Shown: positions 1-9,701, counted from the first letter of the stretch. The stretch: 26,090 nt of DNA from Bacteroides sp. (GCA_022818785.1 CP063811.1:174944-201033), one strand, 5' to 3'. Translations and numbers: made by a program. Notes: a model not told the origin generated them from the sequence alone.

Positions 1-1044
1 AAAAAAATACATACTGGAAGATCTAGAAATGATCAAGTAATAACTGATATTAAAATGTATTTAAGAGAAGAAATTTATAAAATATCATATAAGATATTTA
101 ATCTATCGTTAGTTTTATTGAAATTAAGTAATATTTATAAAAACCATCTTATTCCAGGATATACCCATATGCAAGTTGCTATGCCATCATCATTTGGATT
201 ATTATTTGGATCATATGCAGAAAGTTTATGTGATGATATGGAAATGATGTTGTCATCATATAATATAATTAACAAAAATCCTCTAGGATCAGCTGCAGGA
301 TTTGGGTCATCATTTAAAATAGATCGTGAATTTACTACAGAATTATTAGGCTTTAAAACATTAAATATAAATTCATTATATGCTCAAGGGACTAGAGGTA
401 AAACTGAAAAAGTTTTTTCTATGGGAATTAGTTCTATTGCTAGTACTATATCAAAAATATCATATGATATGTGCTTATATATGAGTGAAAATTATGGATT
501 CATACAATTTCCTGATCATTTAACTACAGGATCTAGTATAATGCCTCATAAGAAAAATCCAGATGTTTTTGAATTAATAAGAGCTAAATGTAATATTATA
601 CAATCAATTCCTTATCAAATTACATTGTTATGTAATAACATGCCTAGTGGTTATCATAGAGATTTTCAAAATACAAAAAAAATTATATTTAATGCTATCG
701 ATGATATCAATAGTTGTATTGATATGACTATATATATGTTAAATCATGTAATTATTAAAGATAAAATTTTAGACGATACAAAGTATAAATATATTTTTAG
801 TGTTAATGTAGTACATAAATACTTATTAGATGGTATGACCTTTAGAGATGCATATAAAAAAGTGGGAAATCTTATTGCAAATAAAGAATATTTAATATCT
901 AACTCTAATGAAAAATTGGATTATACTCACATAGGAAGTATTGGTAATTTATGTAATGAATATATATTAAGTAATTTTAATTCTATAATTAAAAAATTTA
1001 AATTTCATTATTATATTAATAGGTTAAACTTATTATTAAAATAA
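1..1044 (+). CDS. argH: Argininosuccinate lyase (5'-truncated by window edge)
   Basis: Frame is open from base 1 (KKIHTGRSRNDQV, the conserved GRSRND motif), so the true start lies upstream of the window. Also PGYTHMQVA, NPLGSAAG and the fumarate-lyase signature TGSSIMPHKKNPD. Confidence 0.95.
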   Translation, partial: KKIHTGRSRNDQVITDIKMYLREEIYKISYKIFNLSLVLLKLSNIYKNHLIPGYTHMQVAMPSSFGLLFGSYAESLCDDMEMMLSSYNIINKNPLGSAAGFGSSFKIDREFTTELLGFKTLNINSLYAQGTRGKTEKVFSMGISSIASTISKISYDMCLYMSENYGFIQFPDHLTTGSSIMPHKKNPDVFELIRAKCNIIQSIPYQITLLCNNMPSGYHRDFQNTKKIIFNAIDDINSCIDMTIYMLNHVIIKDKILDDTKYKYIFSVNVVHKYLLDGMTFRDAYKKVGNLIANKEYLISNSNEKLDYTHIGSIGNLCNEYILSNFNSIIKKFKFHYYINRLNLLLK

Positions 1045-1049
1045 TAATA

Positions 1050-2534
1050 TCATAAAACAATATCATTGTTATTAATATTAATTTTCAAAATAAATCTATT
1101 TTTGCAATTATACATATTATTTATAATAATTAATATTGACATATTAATATTACATATTTTTTTATTAATATATATCTTATATTTTTCAATATTTAAATTT
1201 GTAATGTTAAAATTTATTTTAACAATATTATCTATTATTTGAGGAATTTTAATTTGATAATTTAAGTTTATTATATTCTCTATATTGCTGAATATATATA
1301 CTGCGTTTAATGTATATGTATATTTAATAATATCTTTGTTATTAGTATTTTTTTTTAAGCATATATCTACTTTATGTTTATTAAAAACTAAAAAATTCTG
1401 TTTTTTAAAATTTAAAAATCCATGATAATTTAAATATATTTTTTTGAAAAAGATTATATTTTTATTGATATATATTATATTTTTAGATAATTTGTTATAA
1501 TGCCATAAGAGAGATAAATCTTTTATTAATTCATTTGAATATATAATGTTATTTTTTTTTTTATAAAAAACAATTTTATTATTTGTACTTAAAGAGTAAG
1601 TATAATAAATAATATTGTTATTATTATTTGAATATTTAGCACTAACATTAGCTATAAAAGTAAAATTATGTTTTATAAAATTTGTATTTATATGATATAT
1701 TCCACATAAATATGTGTTATATCTATTAGATATGTCTAAGGATTTTTTATTCAAAAAATTTAAATATTCTACTTGACCATTATAATAATATAATATATTT
1801 GAAATTTTATCGTTATAATTTATTATTATTTCATTGCTAACATTTTGCCATAATAAACATTTATAATATAAATTAGCAATATAGGTTACATTATTATATA
1901 ATTTTATATTATTATCCAATAATATTAGGTTGTATGTATCAATTTTATGATTGATTGAAAATGGAATTTTATATGTAAATAAAAAATTACTTAAATCACA
2001 AGTCATATGAGGCAATATAATTTTTGTAATATGATTAATATTTTCTTTTTCCAATGCAAAAGAGTACTTGACTTTTTGTAGTAAAAAAGAGTTAATAAAT
2101 ATTTTATTATGTATCAATTTAATATTGAAATTGTTTATATTTTTATTATATTTTTTTTTACAATCAAATAATAAGTTAATATTGTTATCTATTGAATAAT
2201 TATTAAACTTAATTTTTATATTATTTTCATTTTTTTTAATAAAATTTATTATGTGAATGTAACCTCTATTATTATAAAATAAATATCTAATTTTAGTGTC
2301 TATTGTAAAATATTTCGATATATACATATTATTAAATAATAAAAAATGACAATTATTTAGTTTTACATTGCTATATAAATTATATAAATCTGTATATTTC
2401 TTTAAATCATTGATAATAAATTTTGATTCTGAAAAAGTATGAGCATAAACACAATTAATTGTATTTAATATATAGATAATTAATCCTGATATTAAATAAT
2501 ATTTTATTATTAATAATAATATTTTTTTTTTCAA
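1050..2534 (-). CDS. Highly diverged outer-membrane protein, putative LptD/OstA-like LPS assembly protein
   Basis: Long open frame rich in N/I/K/Y with alternating beta-strand-like patterning. An in-frame TTG at 2534 gives a signal-peptide-like N-terminus (MKKKILLLII...NCVYA) and avoids overlap with the amidase; the ORF track start is 2582. It lies divergent from an Amidase_3 gene, the position Bacteroidota lptD usually occupies. The product call is inference. Confidence 0.5.
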   Translation of the reverse strand: MKKKILLLIIKYYLISGLIIYILNTINCVYAHTFSESKFIINDLKKYTDLYNLYSNVKLNNCHFLLFNNMYISKYFTIDTKIRYLFYNNRGYIHIINFIKKNENNIKIKFNNYSIDNNINLLFDCKKKYNKNINNFNIKLIHNKIFINSFLLQKVKYSFALEKENINHITKIILPHMTCDLSNFLFTYKIPFSINHKIDTYNLILLDNNIKLYNNVTYIANLYYKCLLWQNVSNEIIINYNDKISNILYYYNGQVEYLNFLNKKSLDISNRYNTYLCGIYHINTNFIKHNFTFIANVSAKYSNNNNNIIYYTYSLSTNNKIVFYKKKNNIIYSNELIKDLSLLWHYNKLSKNIIYINKNIIFFKKIYLNYHGFLNFKKQNFLVFNKHKVDICLKKNTNNKDIIKYTYTLNAVYIFSNIENIINLNYQIKIPQIIDNIVKINFNITNLNIEKYKIYINKKICNINMSILIIINNMYNCKNRFILKININNNDIVL

Positions 2535-2563
2535 AATTATAATCGTTTGATATCTCAATATAT

Positions 2564-3295
2564 ATGACTTATTATATAACAATATACATATATTTTTTTA
2601 TGCTATTAATATGCAGTAATTATTGCTATAGTAATACACTTGTAGATAAAAAAGATAATAATATCAATTTTTTTAAAAAAATAGTCATAGATGCAGGTCA
2701 TGGAGGTAAGGATGCAGGAGCAACTATTAATAACGTATTGGAAAAAAATATTAATTTACAAATATCTCTTATTTTAGGAAAATTGATATCTGATAGTTAT
2801 CCTAAAACAGAAGTGATATACACTAGAAATCAAGATAATTACTTATGTTTAAGCACTAGAACAATAATTGCTAACAATGCAAAAGCAGATTTATTTATAT
2901 CATTACATTGTAATTATCACAAAAATTGTTCAATTAATGGTGTAGAAATATTTGTTTTAAAACCATTTAAAAGTTATTTTAATTTTAAAAAAAATTATAT
3001 AGATAATATAAAAAATGTTATTTTAAAAAATAAATTTATAAATGAAAGTATTATACTTTCATATTTTATTAAAAAAGAATTATCAAAAAATAATATCTTT
3101 GTAAGAAATATAAAACAAGCCAATTTCTTAGTAATTAAACATACTAAAATGCCATCTATTTTGATAGAAATCGGCTATTTATCTAATAAAGATGATTTTT
3201 TGTATATTAATTCATCAATTGGCAAAAAAAAAATTGCAAAATGTATATTAAAAGCTTTGATTACATATAACAACATAGTATGCAATATATATTAA
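2564..3295 (+). CDS. N-acetylmuramoyl-L-alanine amidase (Amidase_3)
   Basis: VIDAGHGGKD, EKNINL, FISLHCN and PSILIEIGYLSN supply the Zn ligands H/E/H and the catalytic E. Hydrophobic N-terminus. Alternative in-frame ATG at 2600. Confidence 0.93.
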   Translation: MTYYITIYIYFFMLLICSNYCYSNTLVDKKDNNINFFKKIVIDAGHGGKDAGATINNVLEKNINLQISLILGKLISDSYPKTEVIYTRNQDNYLCLSTRTIIANNAKADLFISLHCNYHKNCSINGVEIFVLKPFKSYFNFKKNYIDNIKNVILKNKFINESIILSYFIKKELSKNNIFVRNIKQANFLVIKHTKMPSILIEIGYLSNKDDFLYINSSIGKKKIAKCILKALITYNNIVCNIY

Positions 3296-3906
3296 AATAT
3301 TTCCCTCATATATCATATAATCAAATATCGCAATTTGAAAAAATGATAGATATATATCAATATTGGAATAGTAAAATTAATTTAATATCAAAAAAAGATA
3401 TTGATAATATTTATTTAAGACATATTTTACATTCAATCTACATATGTAAAATAATAAATTTTGATACAAATAGTCAAATATTAGATTTAGGTACAGGAGG
3501 AGGATTCCCTGGTATACCATTAGCAATAATGAATCCTGAGTCAAAATTTCTTTTAATAGACTCTGTAAAAAAAAAAACTTTAGTTTTAAAAAAAATTGTT
3601 GATTTTTTAGAATTAAAAAATATAACTATAATTAATAAACGTATAGAAATTGGTATTAAAAACAATATATATTGTGATTTTATAATCAGTAGAGCTTTGA
3701 CAAATGATTTAAAAATGTTTATCAAATTATCTAAAACATTTAATAGCAATAATAGAAATAAATGCCTCCTTTATTTTAAAGGAGGTGATATAATATGGAA
3801 AAAATCATTTAACAATTATATTATTTCACATAAAATATATAGTATTCAAAATTATTTTCACGAAACTTTTTTTTATAAAAAATATTTAATAAAAATGATA
3901 CTTTAA
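3280..3906 (+). CDS. rsmG: 16S rRNA m7G527 methyltransferase RsmG/GidB
   Basis: WNSKINLIS, RHILHS, SAM motif LDLGTGGGFPGIPLAI, IDSVKKK, ISRA, FKGG. Confidence 0.95.
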   Translation: MQYILKYFPHISYNQISQFEKMIDIYQYWNSKINLISKKDIDNIYLRHILHSIYICKIINFDTNSQILDLGTGGGFPGIPLAIMNPESKFLLIDSVKKKTLVLKKIVDFLELKNITIINKRIEIGIKNNIYCDFIISRALTNDLKMFIKLSKTFNSNNRNKCLLYFKGGDIIWKKSFNNYIISHKIYSIQNYFHETFFYKKYLIKMIL

Positions 3907-6557
3907 ATAATAATATTAATAATTTTATTTTTTATTATAAAATATTTTTTTGGAATTTTATCTCCTATTAAACATGATATAACAGGATTATTCATAATTA
4001 AATTTTTAATGCAATCATCATCAATATTTTTATCTATACTAATTTTAGTTTTTACATTACCATTAATTGCAATAGGATATTGAAAACTATTTTTTTCATT
4101 TTTTGATATAAAATATTTTTTCGGATATTTATTATATGATAATGATCCAAATTTTTCACCTAAAATATTCCATAATTCCTCACATATATGAGGACAATAT
4201 GGATATAATAAAATAATTATATTTTTTAATATATATATATTTTTACATTTAATATATTTTAAAATATTAATATTTGTCATAAAAATACTAATTGAAATAT
4301 TAAATTGCATCATATTAGTATGATAATATATTTTTTCTACCAAAATATTATTAATTTCTTTTTCTTTTATTGAAGGTTCTTCTTTTGAAAAGTTAATTAT
4401 TTTATCATTTTCATCATAAAATAAATTCCATAATTTGTTTATAAATCTTTTTACACCTTCTATTCCTCCATAATTCCAAATTTTATTTTGATCAAAGGGT
4501 CCCAAAAACATTAAATGTAAACGTAAAACATCTGCACCATATTTTTCGATAATATTATTAGGATCAATAACATTAAGTTTAGATTTAGACATTTTTTCCA
4601 TTAATGGTTCACATAAAAAATAATTATTATATATAAATTTATAATCCAAATATTCAATATTATCTTTTAAAAATTCTTCAATATTAAGTTTATTATTGTG
4701 TATATATTTATGATTTATATATATTTTCATTGTAGAATAATTATATTTCAAACTATTACATACAAATATTTTTTTATTTTGAATTCTATGAATAGTATAT
4801 GATGTATTACATATAATACCTTGGTTTATAAGTTTATGTACTGGTTCATTGCATTCAATAAAACCTAAATCATGTAAAAATTTGTGAAAAACTCTTATAT
4901 AAATAAGATGCCCAGTAGCATGCTCTGCACCTCCAATATATAAATCAACATTTTTCCAATATTTATATTTATTTTTATTGATGAATTCTAGTTTATTATT
5001 AGGATCAATATATCTCAGATAATACCAACTTGATCCTGCCCAACTAGGCATTGTATCTTTTTCTAAAAGATATTTTTTTTTATAAAAAAAATGATTATTT
5101 CTATTATATACCTTAGAAATTTTTAATGGCAAATCATCACATGAAATAGTAAATGGCTGACCATTGTTAAAATAAATGGGAATAGGTTCTCCCCAAAATT
5201 TTTGTCTACTAAAAATTGCATCTTTAATATTATACTTTATATATGGTTTTATATTTTCATTGTTGAAATAATTTTTTGTATTTATAGAATCTATTTCATT
5301 ATTAAATGGAATAATTTTATATTTTTTTAAAAAAATATAATCTAATTTATCTACAGTAGAAACACCTACAGATTCTTCTAAATTATTATTCTTATAAAGA
5401 ATATAATTAGCTATCCAAATAGGTAATATTTTATTATTAAATGGATTAATTGCGTATAAACCGCTAAAAAATCCTATAATGTTATTATCAATATTTTTGT
5501 TTTTATCAAAATTCAATATTTGATTAGATTTGCAATATATTTTTGAATTAATATAGTTACTATACTTAGAAAGTATAGTAAAATATTTACTCTTATGAGA
5601 TATAATAATATATTCAATTAAATTTATAATTTTAATATCTTCTATAAAGATATCAATGTATTTTGCATCAGTATTTTTTTCAATAAAAAATTTTATTGTA
5701 AATCCTTTAGTTTTGCCTATCCAATTCTTTTGAATTTTTTTTATATTTTCAGGCCATTCAATAATATTAATATCTTTTAATAATCTATCAGAATAAGCAC
5801 TAATTGATAAAAACCATTGTTTCATTGAACGTTTTACAATTTTATATCCTCCTCTAATAGAAAATCCATTACTAATTTCGTCATTGGCTAAAACAGTTTG
5901 TAATTCTTCACACCAATTAACATTTTCGTTAGCTTGGTAAGCCAATCTATATCCTAATAATATTTCATATTTACATTTTTTACTAAATTTATTCCAAGAA
6001 TGACTGTCAAAAGAATCAATATATCTATTATTATATGCATTTAAGTTTAAATTACCATTTATAGTAAAAATTTTTATTAATTTTTTAATATTAAATGTTT
6101 TTTGATTATCATTACAATACCATGAATTAAAAAATTTTATAAAAATCCATTGTGTCCATTTATAGTAATATGGATCAGAAGTTGTAATAGATTTTTCCCA
6201 ATCATATGATAATCCTAAATTGTCTAATTGTTGCCTATATCTAATTACATTATTATTTGTAACTTCTTGAGGATGCTTTTTGCATTTTTCTGCATATTGC
6301 TCGGTAGGCAATCCAAATGTATCATACCCCATGGGATGTAATACATTAAAACCACACATTTTTTTAAATCTAGCTATTATGTCACTTCCTATATATCCAA
6401 AAGTATTACCTATATGTAGACCATAGCCTGAAGGATATGGAAACATAGATAGTATATAATATTTAGGTTTATTAAAATCTACTTTACTAGCAAAGATTTT
6501 TTTTTCTCTCCAAAACAATTGACATTTTTTTTCAATTATTTTAAAATTATATTCCAT
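3903..6557 (-). CDS. leuS: Leucine--tRNA ligase
   Basis: MFPYPSGYGLHIGN, HPMGYDTFGLPTE, YYKWTQWIF, FSRQKFWGEPIP, YIGGAEHATGHL, KMSKS. Confidence 0.97.
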   Translation of the reverse strand: MEYNFKIIEKKCQLFWREKKIFASKVDFNKPKYYILSMFPYPSGYGLHIGNTFGYIGSDIIARFKKMCGFNVLHPMGYDTFGLPTEQYAEKCKKHPQEVTNNNVIRYRQQLDNLGLSYDWEKSITTSDPYYYKWTQWIFIKFFNSWYCNDNQKTFNIKKLIKIFTINGNLNLNAYNNRYIDSFDSHSWNKFSKKCKYEILLGYRLAYQANENVNWCEELQTVLANDEISNGFSIRGGYKIVKRSMKQWFLSISAYSDRLLKDINIIEWPENIKKIQKNWIGKTKGFTIKFFIEKNTDAKYIDIFIEDIKIINLIEYIIISHKSKYFTILSKYSNYINSKIYCKSNQILNFDKNKNIDNNIIGFFSGLYAINPFNNKILPIWIANYILYKNNNLEESVGVSTVDKLDYIFLKKYKIIPFNNEIDSINTKNYFNNENIKPYIKYNIKDAIFSRQKFWGEPIPIYFNNGQPFTISCDDLPLKISKVYNRNNHFFYKKKYLLEKDTMPSWAGSSWYYLRYIDPNNKLEFINKNKYKYWKNVDLYIGGAEHATGHLIYIRVFHKFLHDLGFIECNEPVHKLINQGIICNTSYTIHRIQNKKIFVCNSLKYNYSTMKIYINHKYIHNNKLNIEEFLKDNIEYLDYKFIYNNYFLCEPLMEKMSKSKLNVIDPNNIIEKYGADVLRLHLMFLGPFDQNKIWNYGGIEGVKRFINKLWNLFYDENDKIINFSKEEPSIKEKEINNILVEKIYYHTNMMQFNISISIFMTNINILKYIKCKNIYILKNIIILLYPYCPHICEELWNILGEKFGSLSYNKYPKKYFISKNEKNSFQYPIAINGNVKTKISIDKNIDDDCIKNLIMNNPVISCLIGDKIPKKYFIIKNKIINIII

Positions 6558-6579
6558 ATTTTCTTTTTTTATATAAAAA

Positions 6580-7236
6580 TTATCTCCCTAATCTTGATAT
6601 TATCCTATCCATTTCTTTGACTTTATACAATAATTCATAAGATGATATCTTTCTTGATTTTACTTTGTAAAAATATATTTTGGCTTTTTGTATGTTTTTA
6701 TTGTGAAAATATATAGATGATAATAATAAATATGCTGTAACAATATTATCATCTTCTGGCAATCCCTTTTGTATTGCTTTTTTTATATTGATAATTGCTT
6801 CTTGTATATTATTTTGTTTATATAATATACTACCCAATTGAAGATAGGGAATACCTTCATATTGGTCATATCCAATTCCATTGTTAATTGATAATTTAAG
6901 ATTATTAATAGCTTTGTTAAAATCATTATTATTAATATTAATATTGCTTTTTATCATATAAATCATAGATTTAATTGGCTTATATAACAAATTTGGATGC
7001 TTAATAGTATTAATTAAATATTTGGTATATTCTAAATCATTAGATTCAATTGCTTTTTGTATTAATCCTATTGGTCCAACAAAAATATGCACTAATATTA
7101 GGATTAACCCTAACAGTATTAATATTATTGAAAATAAAATTTTTTTGAAGAAAATTAATACTATGCCTAGTATAGATAAGTTTATTCCAATAATAAACCT
7201 ATTTAATATAAATTTAGTATATAAATATTTTTTCAT
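6580..7236 (-). CDS. Membrane-anchored tetratricopeptide-repeat protein of unknown function
   Basis: Two N-terminal hydrophobic segments, then TPR-like repeats (YLQLGSILYKQNNIQEAIINIKKAI; AYLLLSSIYFHNKNIQKAKIYFYK). Confidence 0.75.
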   Translation of the reverse strand: MKKYLYTKFILNRFIIGINLSILGIVLIFFKKILFSIILILLGLILILVHIFVGPIGLIQKAIESNDLEYTKYLINTIKHPNLLYKPIKSMIYMIKSNININNNDFNKAINNLKLSINNGIGYDQYEGIPYLQLGSILYKQNNIQEAIINIKKAIQKGLPEDDNIVTAYLLLSSIYFHNKNIQKAKIYFYKVKSRKISSYELLYKVKEMDRIISRLGR

Positions 7237-7254
7237 AGAATGAAAATTTAAATG

Positions 7255-8646
7255 TTATTTGCCAATACAAAAATTTTTAAATATATGATCTAATTTATCA
7301 TCAGTATAAACCAAGCCCATTATGCTTCCTAAATGGTAAATGGCTTCATTTATTTCATATGCAATTAAATCTTCATTGTTATCCAATTTAATTAAACGAT
7401 TAATATTTTTTAAATTAAAATTAGCTTTTTTTAAAGATTCATAATGACGCATATTAGTAATAATGTTATCATTGATATAATTAAAATGATCTAATTGCAA
7501 ATTTTTTATTATTACATTTTTTAAAACATCAATGTTAATATATTTTTTTGCCGATATATATATAATATTTTTTATTGAACTATATTTTTTTTTTAATTTT
7601 TTAATATCATAACAATCTAATTTATTGGCTAATATTATTATTTTTGATTTGTTATTTATTTTTAGATTTTCAATTTCTTTTTTAATATTTGATGCAGTGT
7701 CTTTTGATGGATCAAATAAATATAAAATTATATCAGATTTGCTTATTATATCATAAGTCTTATTTATACCTTTTATTTCAATAAAATCATTAGTTTGTCT
7801 AATACCAGCTGTATCCATAAAAATATATTTCATACCATCTATTATTATATCAGCTTTAACACAATCTCTAGTAGTACCTGGAATTTCAGATACTATTGAA
7901 CATTCTTCATTAATAATAGAATTAATTAATGTGGATTTACCAACATTAGGTTTTCCTATTATTGAAATTTTGATTCCATTTTTTATAGAATTACCTAATG
8001 AAAATGAATTTAAAAGTTCTTCAATATCTTTATATATATCTTTTATTTGACTATTAATATAGTTATCATTTATTTGGATATTTTCTTCTGAAAAATCTAT
8101 ATTTAGTTCTATAATAGATGATAAATTAATTAATTTCTTTCTAAGAAATTGTATTTTCTTAGAAATATTTCCCTTTAATTGGTTAATTGCTATATAATGA
8201 GATTTTGCAGATTCTGAAGCAATAATATCTGCTATAGATTCAGCCTGTGAAAGATCCATTTTACCATTTAAAAATGCCCGCATTGTAAATTCTCCAGGAT
8301 TTGCCATACGGGCCCCCATTTCAAGACACATTTTTATAATTGTATTAGTAATATAATACGATGCATGACATGATATTTCAATAATATCTTCACCAGTATA
8401 TGAAGTGGGATTTTTAAATAAAGATAAAATAACATCATCTAATATCATATTATTGTACATTATTTTACCATATTTAATAGAATATGTATTTAAACTATTT
8501 AAATCACAATCTTTAAATATTTTATTAACAATATTAATTGATTTATTGCCTGATAATCTTATAACAGCTATAGAACTTTGGATAATATTTGTAGATAAGG
8601 CTATTATCGTATCATTTGTATTATAATTTTTTTTATCATAAATCAT
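7255..8646 (-). CDS. mnmE: tRNA modification GTPase MnmE/TrmE
   Basis: DTIIALST, SYTGEDIIEISCH, PGEFTMRAFLNGKMDLSQAE, G1 GKPNVGKS, G2 PGTTRD, G3 DTAG, G4 NKLD, C-terminal FCIGK. Confidence 0.97.
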   Translation of the reverse strand: MIYDKKNYNTNDTIIALSTNIIQSSIAVIRLSGNKSINIVNKIFKDCDLNSLNTYSIKYGKIMYNNMILDDVILSLFKNPTSYTGEDIIEISCHASYYITNTIIKMCLEMGARMANPGEFTMRAFLNGKMDLSQAESIADIIASESAKSHYIAINQLKGNISKKIQFLRKKLINLSSIIELNIDFSEENIQINDNYINSQIKDIYKDIEELLNSFSLGNSIKNGIKISIIGKPNVGKSTLINSIINEECSIVSEIPGTTRDCVKADIIIDGMKYIFMDTAGIRQTNDFIEIKGINKTYDIISKSDIILYLFDPSKDTASNIKKEIENLKINNKSKIIILANKLDCYDIKKLKKKYSSIKNIIYISAKKYINIDVLKNVIIKNLQLDHFNYINDNIITNMRHYESLKKANFNLKNINRLIKLDNNEDLIAYEINEAIYHLGSIMGLVYTDDKLDHIFKNFCIGK

Positions 8647-8724
8647 ATAAATTATTAATTATTTTAATACGTTTTTAATAAGATTATTAAATATATTAAA
8701 TTTATTTTATTAAAATAAAATTTT

Positions 8725-9150
8725 ATGTACACAGAACATTTCACTATATATATAGTATTTATATTAATTTCATATTTTATTAATTATTATTTTTTTTTCA
8801 AAAAAAATAATAAAAATGCATCTATTAGATATGAATGTGGAATTAAATCCAATAATATAATTTCCTTTCATTTAACAAGTAAAATGTATAGATACATATT
8901 AATATTTATCTTATTTGATATAGAAATTATTTTAATGTTACCATGTTTTATAATATTTGATAAAGAAAATGTTATATCAACACAATATAACAATATATAT
9001 AAAATATCAATATTTGCTATTCCAATAATTTTAGTTTTATTTTTAATTATATACAATTCAAAAGAAAAAAAATATTCAAAAAAACAATTTCCAAAACTTT
9101 TATGCACAATTCCAAAAAAAATGTATAATAACATAAATAAAAAATTTTAA
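8725..9150 (+). CDS. nuoA: NADH-quinone oxidoreductase subunit A (diverged)
   Basis: Three hydrophobic segments, YECG loop, [13 protein letters not shown] (FDxE motif). Stop overlaps the nuoB start (TAATG). Confidence 0.88.
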   Translation: MYTEHFTIYIVFILISYFINYYFFFKKNNKNASIRYECGIKSNNIISFHLTSKMYRYILIFILFDIEIILMLPCFIIFDKENVISTQYNNIYKISIFAIPIILVLFLIIYNSKEKKYSKKQFPKLLCTIPKKMYNNINKKF

Positions 9151-9599
9151 TGAGCAATAATACTAATTTATTCATAACCAATATTAATGATATATTAAAA
9201 TGGTCACGTGCATCATCTTTATGGACAATGTCATTTGGTCTTGCATGTTGTGCCATTGAAATGATGGGGGCTTTTGCTAGTAAATATGATTTAGATAGAT
9301 TTGGATCATTCACTAGATCTTCTCCTAGGCAATCAGATTTAATCATAATTTCTGGTACAGTAACTTTTAAAATGATGGAACCAATTAAAAATTTATATAA
9401 CCAAATGCCATCTCCTAAATATGTTATATCAATGGGATCTTGTTCCAATTGCGGTGGTCCATATTTTAATTATGGATATCATGTTTTAAAAGGTGTAAAT
9501 AAAATTATACCTGTTGATATATATGTTCAAGGGTGTCCTCCTAGACCTGAAGCATTAATTGATGCAATAATATCTTTACAAAAAAAAATAAAAAAATAA
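9150..9599 (+). CDS. nuoB: NADH-quinone oxidoreductase subunit B
   Basis: [35 protein letters not shown] (N2 cluster ligands present). Confidence 0.96.
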   Translation: MSNNTNLFITNINDILKWSRASSLWTMSFGLACCAIEMMGAFASKYDLDRFGSFTRSSPRQSDLIIISGTVTFKMMEPIKNLYNQMPSPKYVISMGSCSNCGGPYFNYGYHVLKGVNKIIPVDIYVQGCPPRPEALIDAIISLQKKIKK

Positions 9600-9681
9600 T
9601 ATAATTATAATTATATTAATTGATATCACTCATATGAATTATGATCTTAGATATTTCTGTATATTAGTAGAATAAATAAAT

Positions 9682-9689
9682 TAATTTTG
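9682..9689 (+). promoter_or_regulatory. Bacteroidota primary-sigma -7 element (TAnnTTTG) upstream of thrA
   Basis: TAATTTTG(C) lies 12 nt before ATG 9702. No clean -33 TTTG at the expected spacing. Confidence 0.45.
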
Positions 9690-9701
9690 CCTGTATTTAA
9701 T

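Noticed and set aside
3474-3749. 91-aa minus-strand ORF
   Set aside because: Antisense shadow of rsmG with no recognisable motif.
7022-7243. 73-aa plus-strand ORF
   Set aside because: Antisense to the TM-coding part of the TPR gene; TTG start, no motif.
8405-8626. 73-aa plus-strand ORF
   Set aside because: Antisense shadow of mnmE.
8698-8724. AT-only inverted repeat upstream of nuoA
   Set aside because: Imperfect, contains no G/C, and is expected by chance at this composition.
9050-9150. NuoA hydrophilic tail as a possible frameshift read-through
   Set aside because: The stop couples exactly to the nuoB start (TAATG), and Bacteroidota NuoA as recalled have a similar tail.
8868-9448. Two minus-strand ORFs (8868-9134, 9047-9448)
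   Set aside because: Antisense shadows of nuoA/nuoB.
9634-9675. 13-aa mini-ORF MNYDLRYFCILVE upstream of thrA as a thrL-like leader or nuoC remnant
   Set aside because: No Thr/Ile run, no attenuator hairpins, lies upstream of the -7 element, and has no convincing NuoC similarity.
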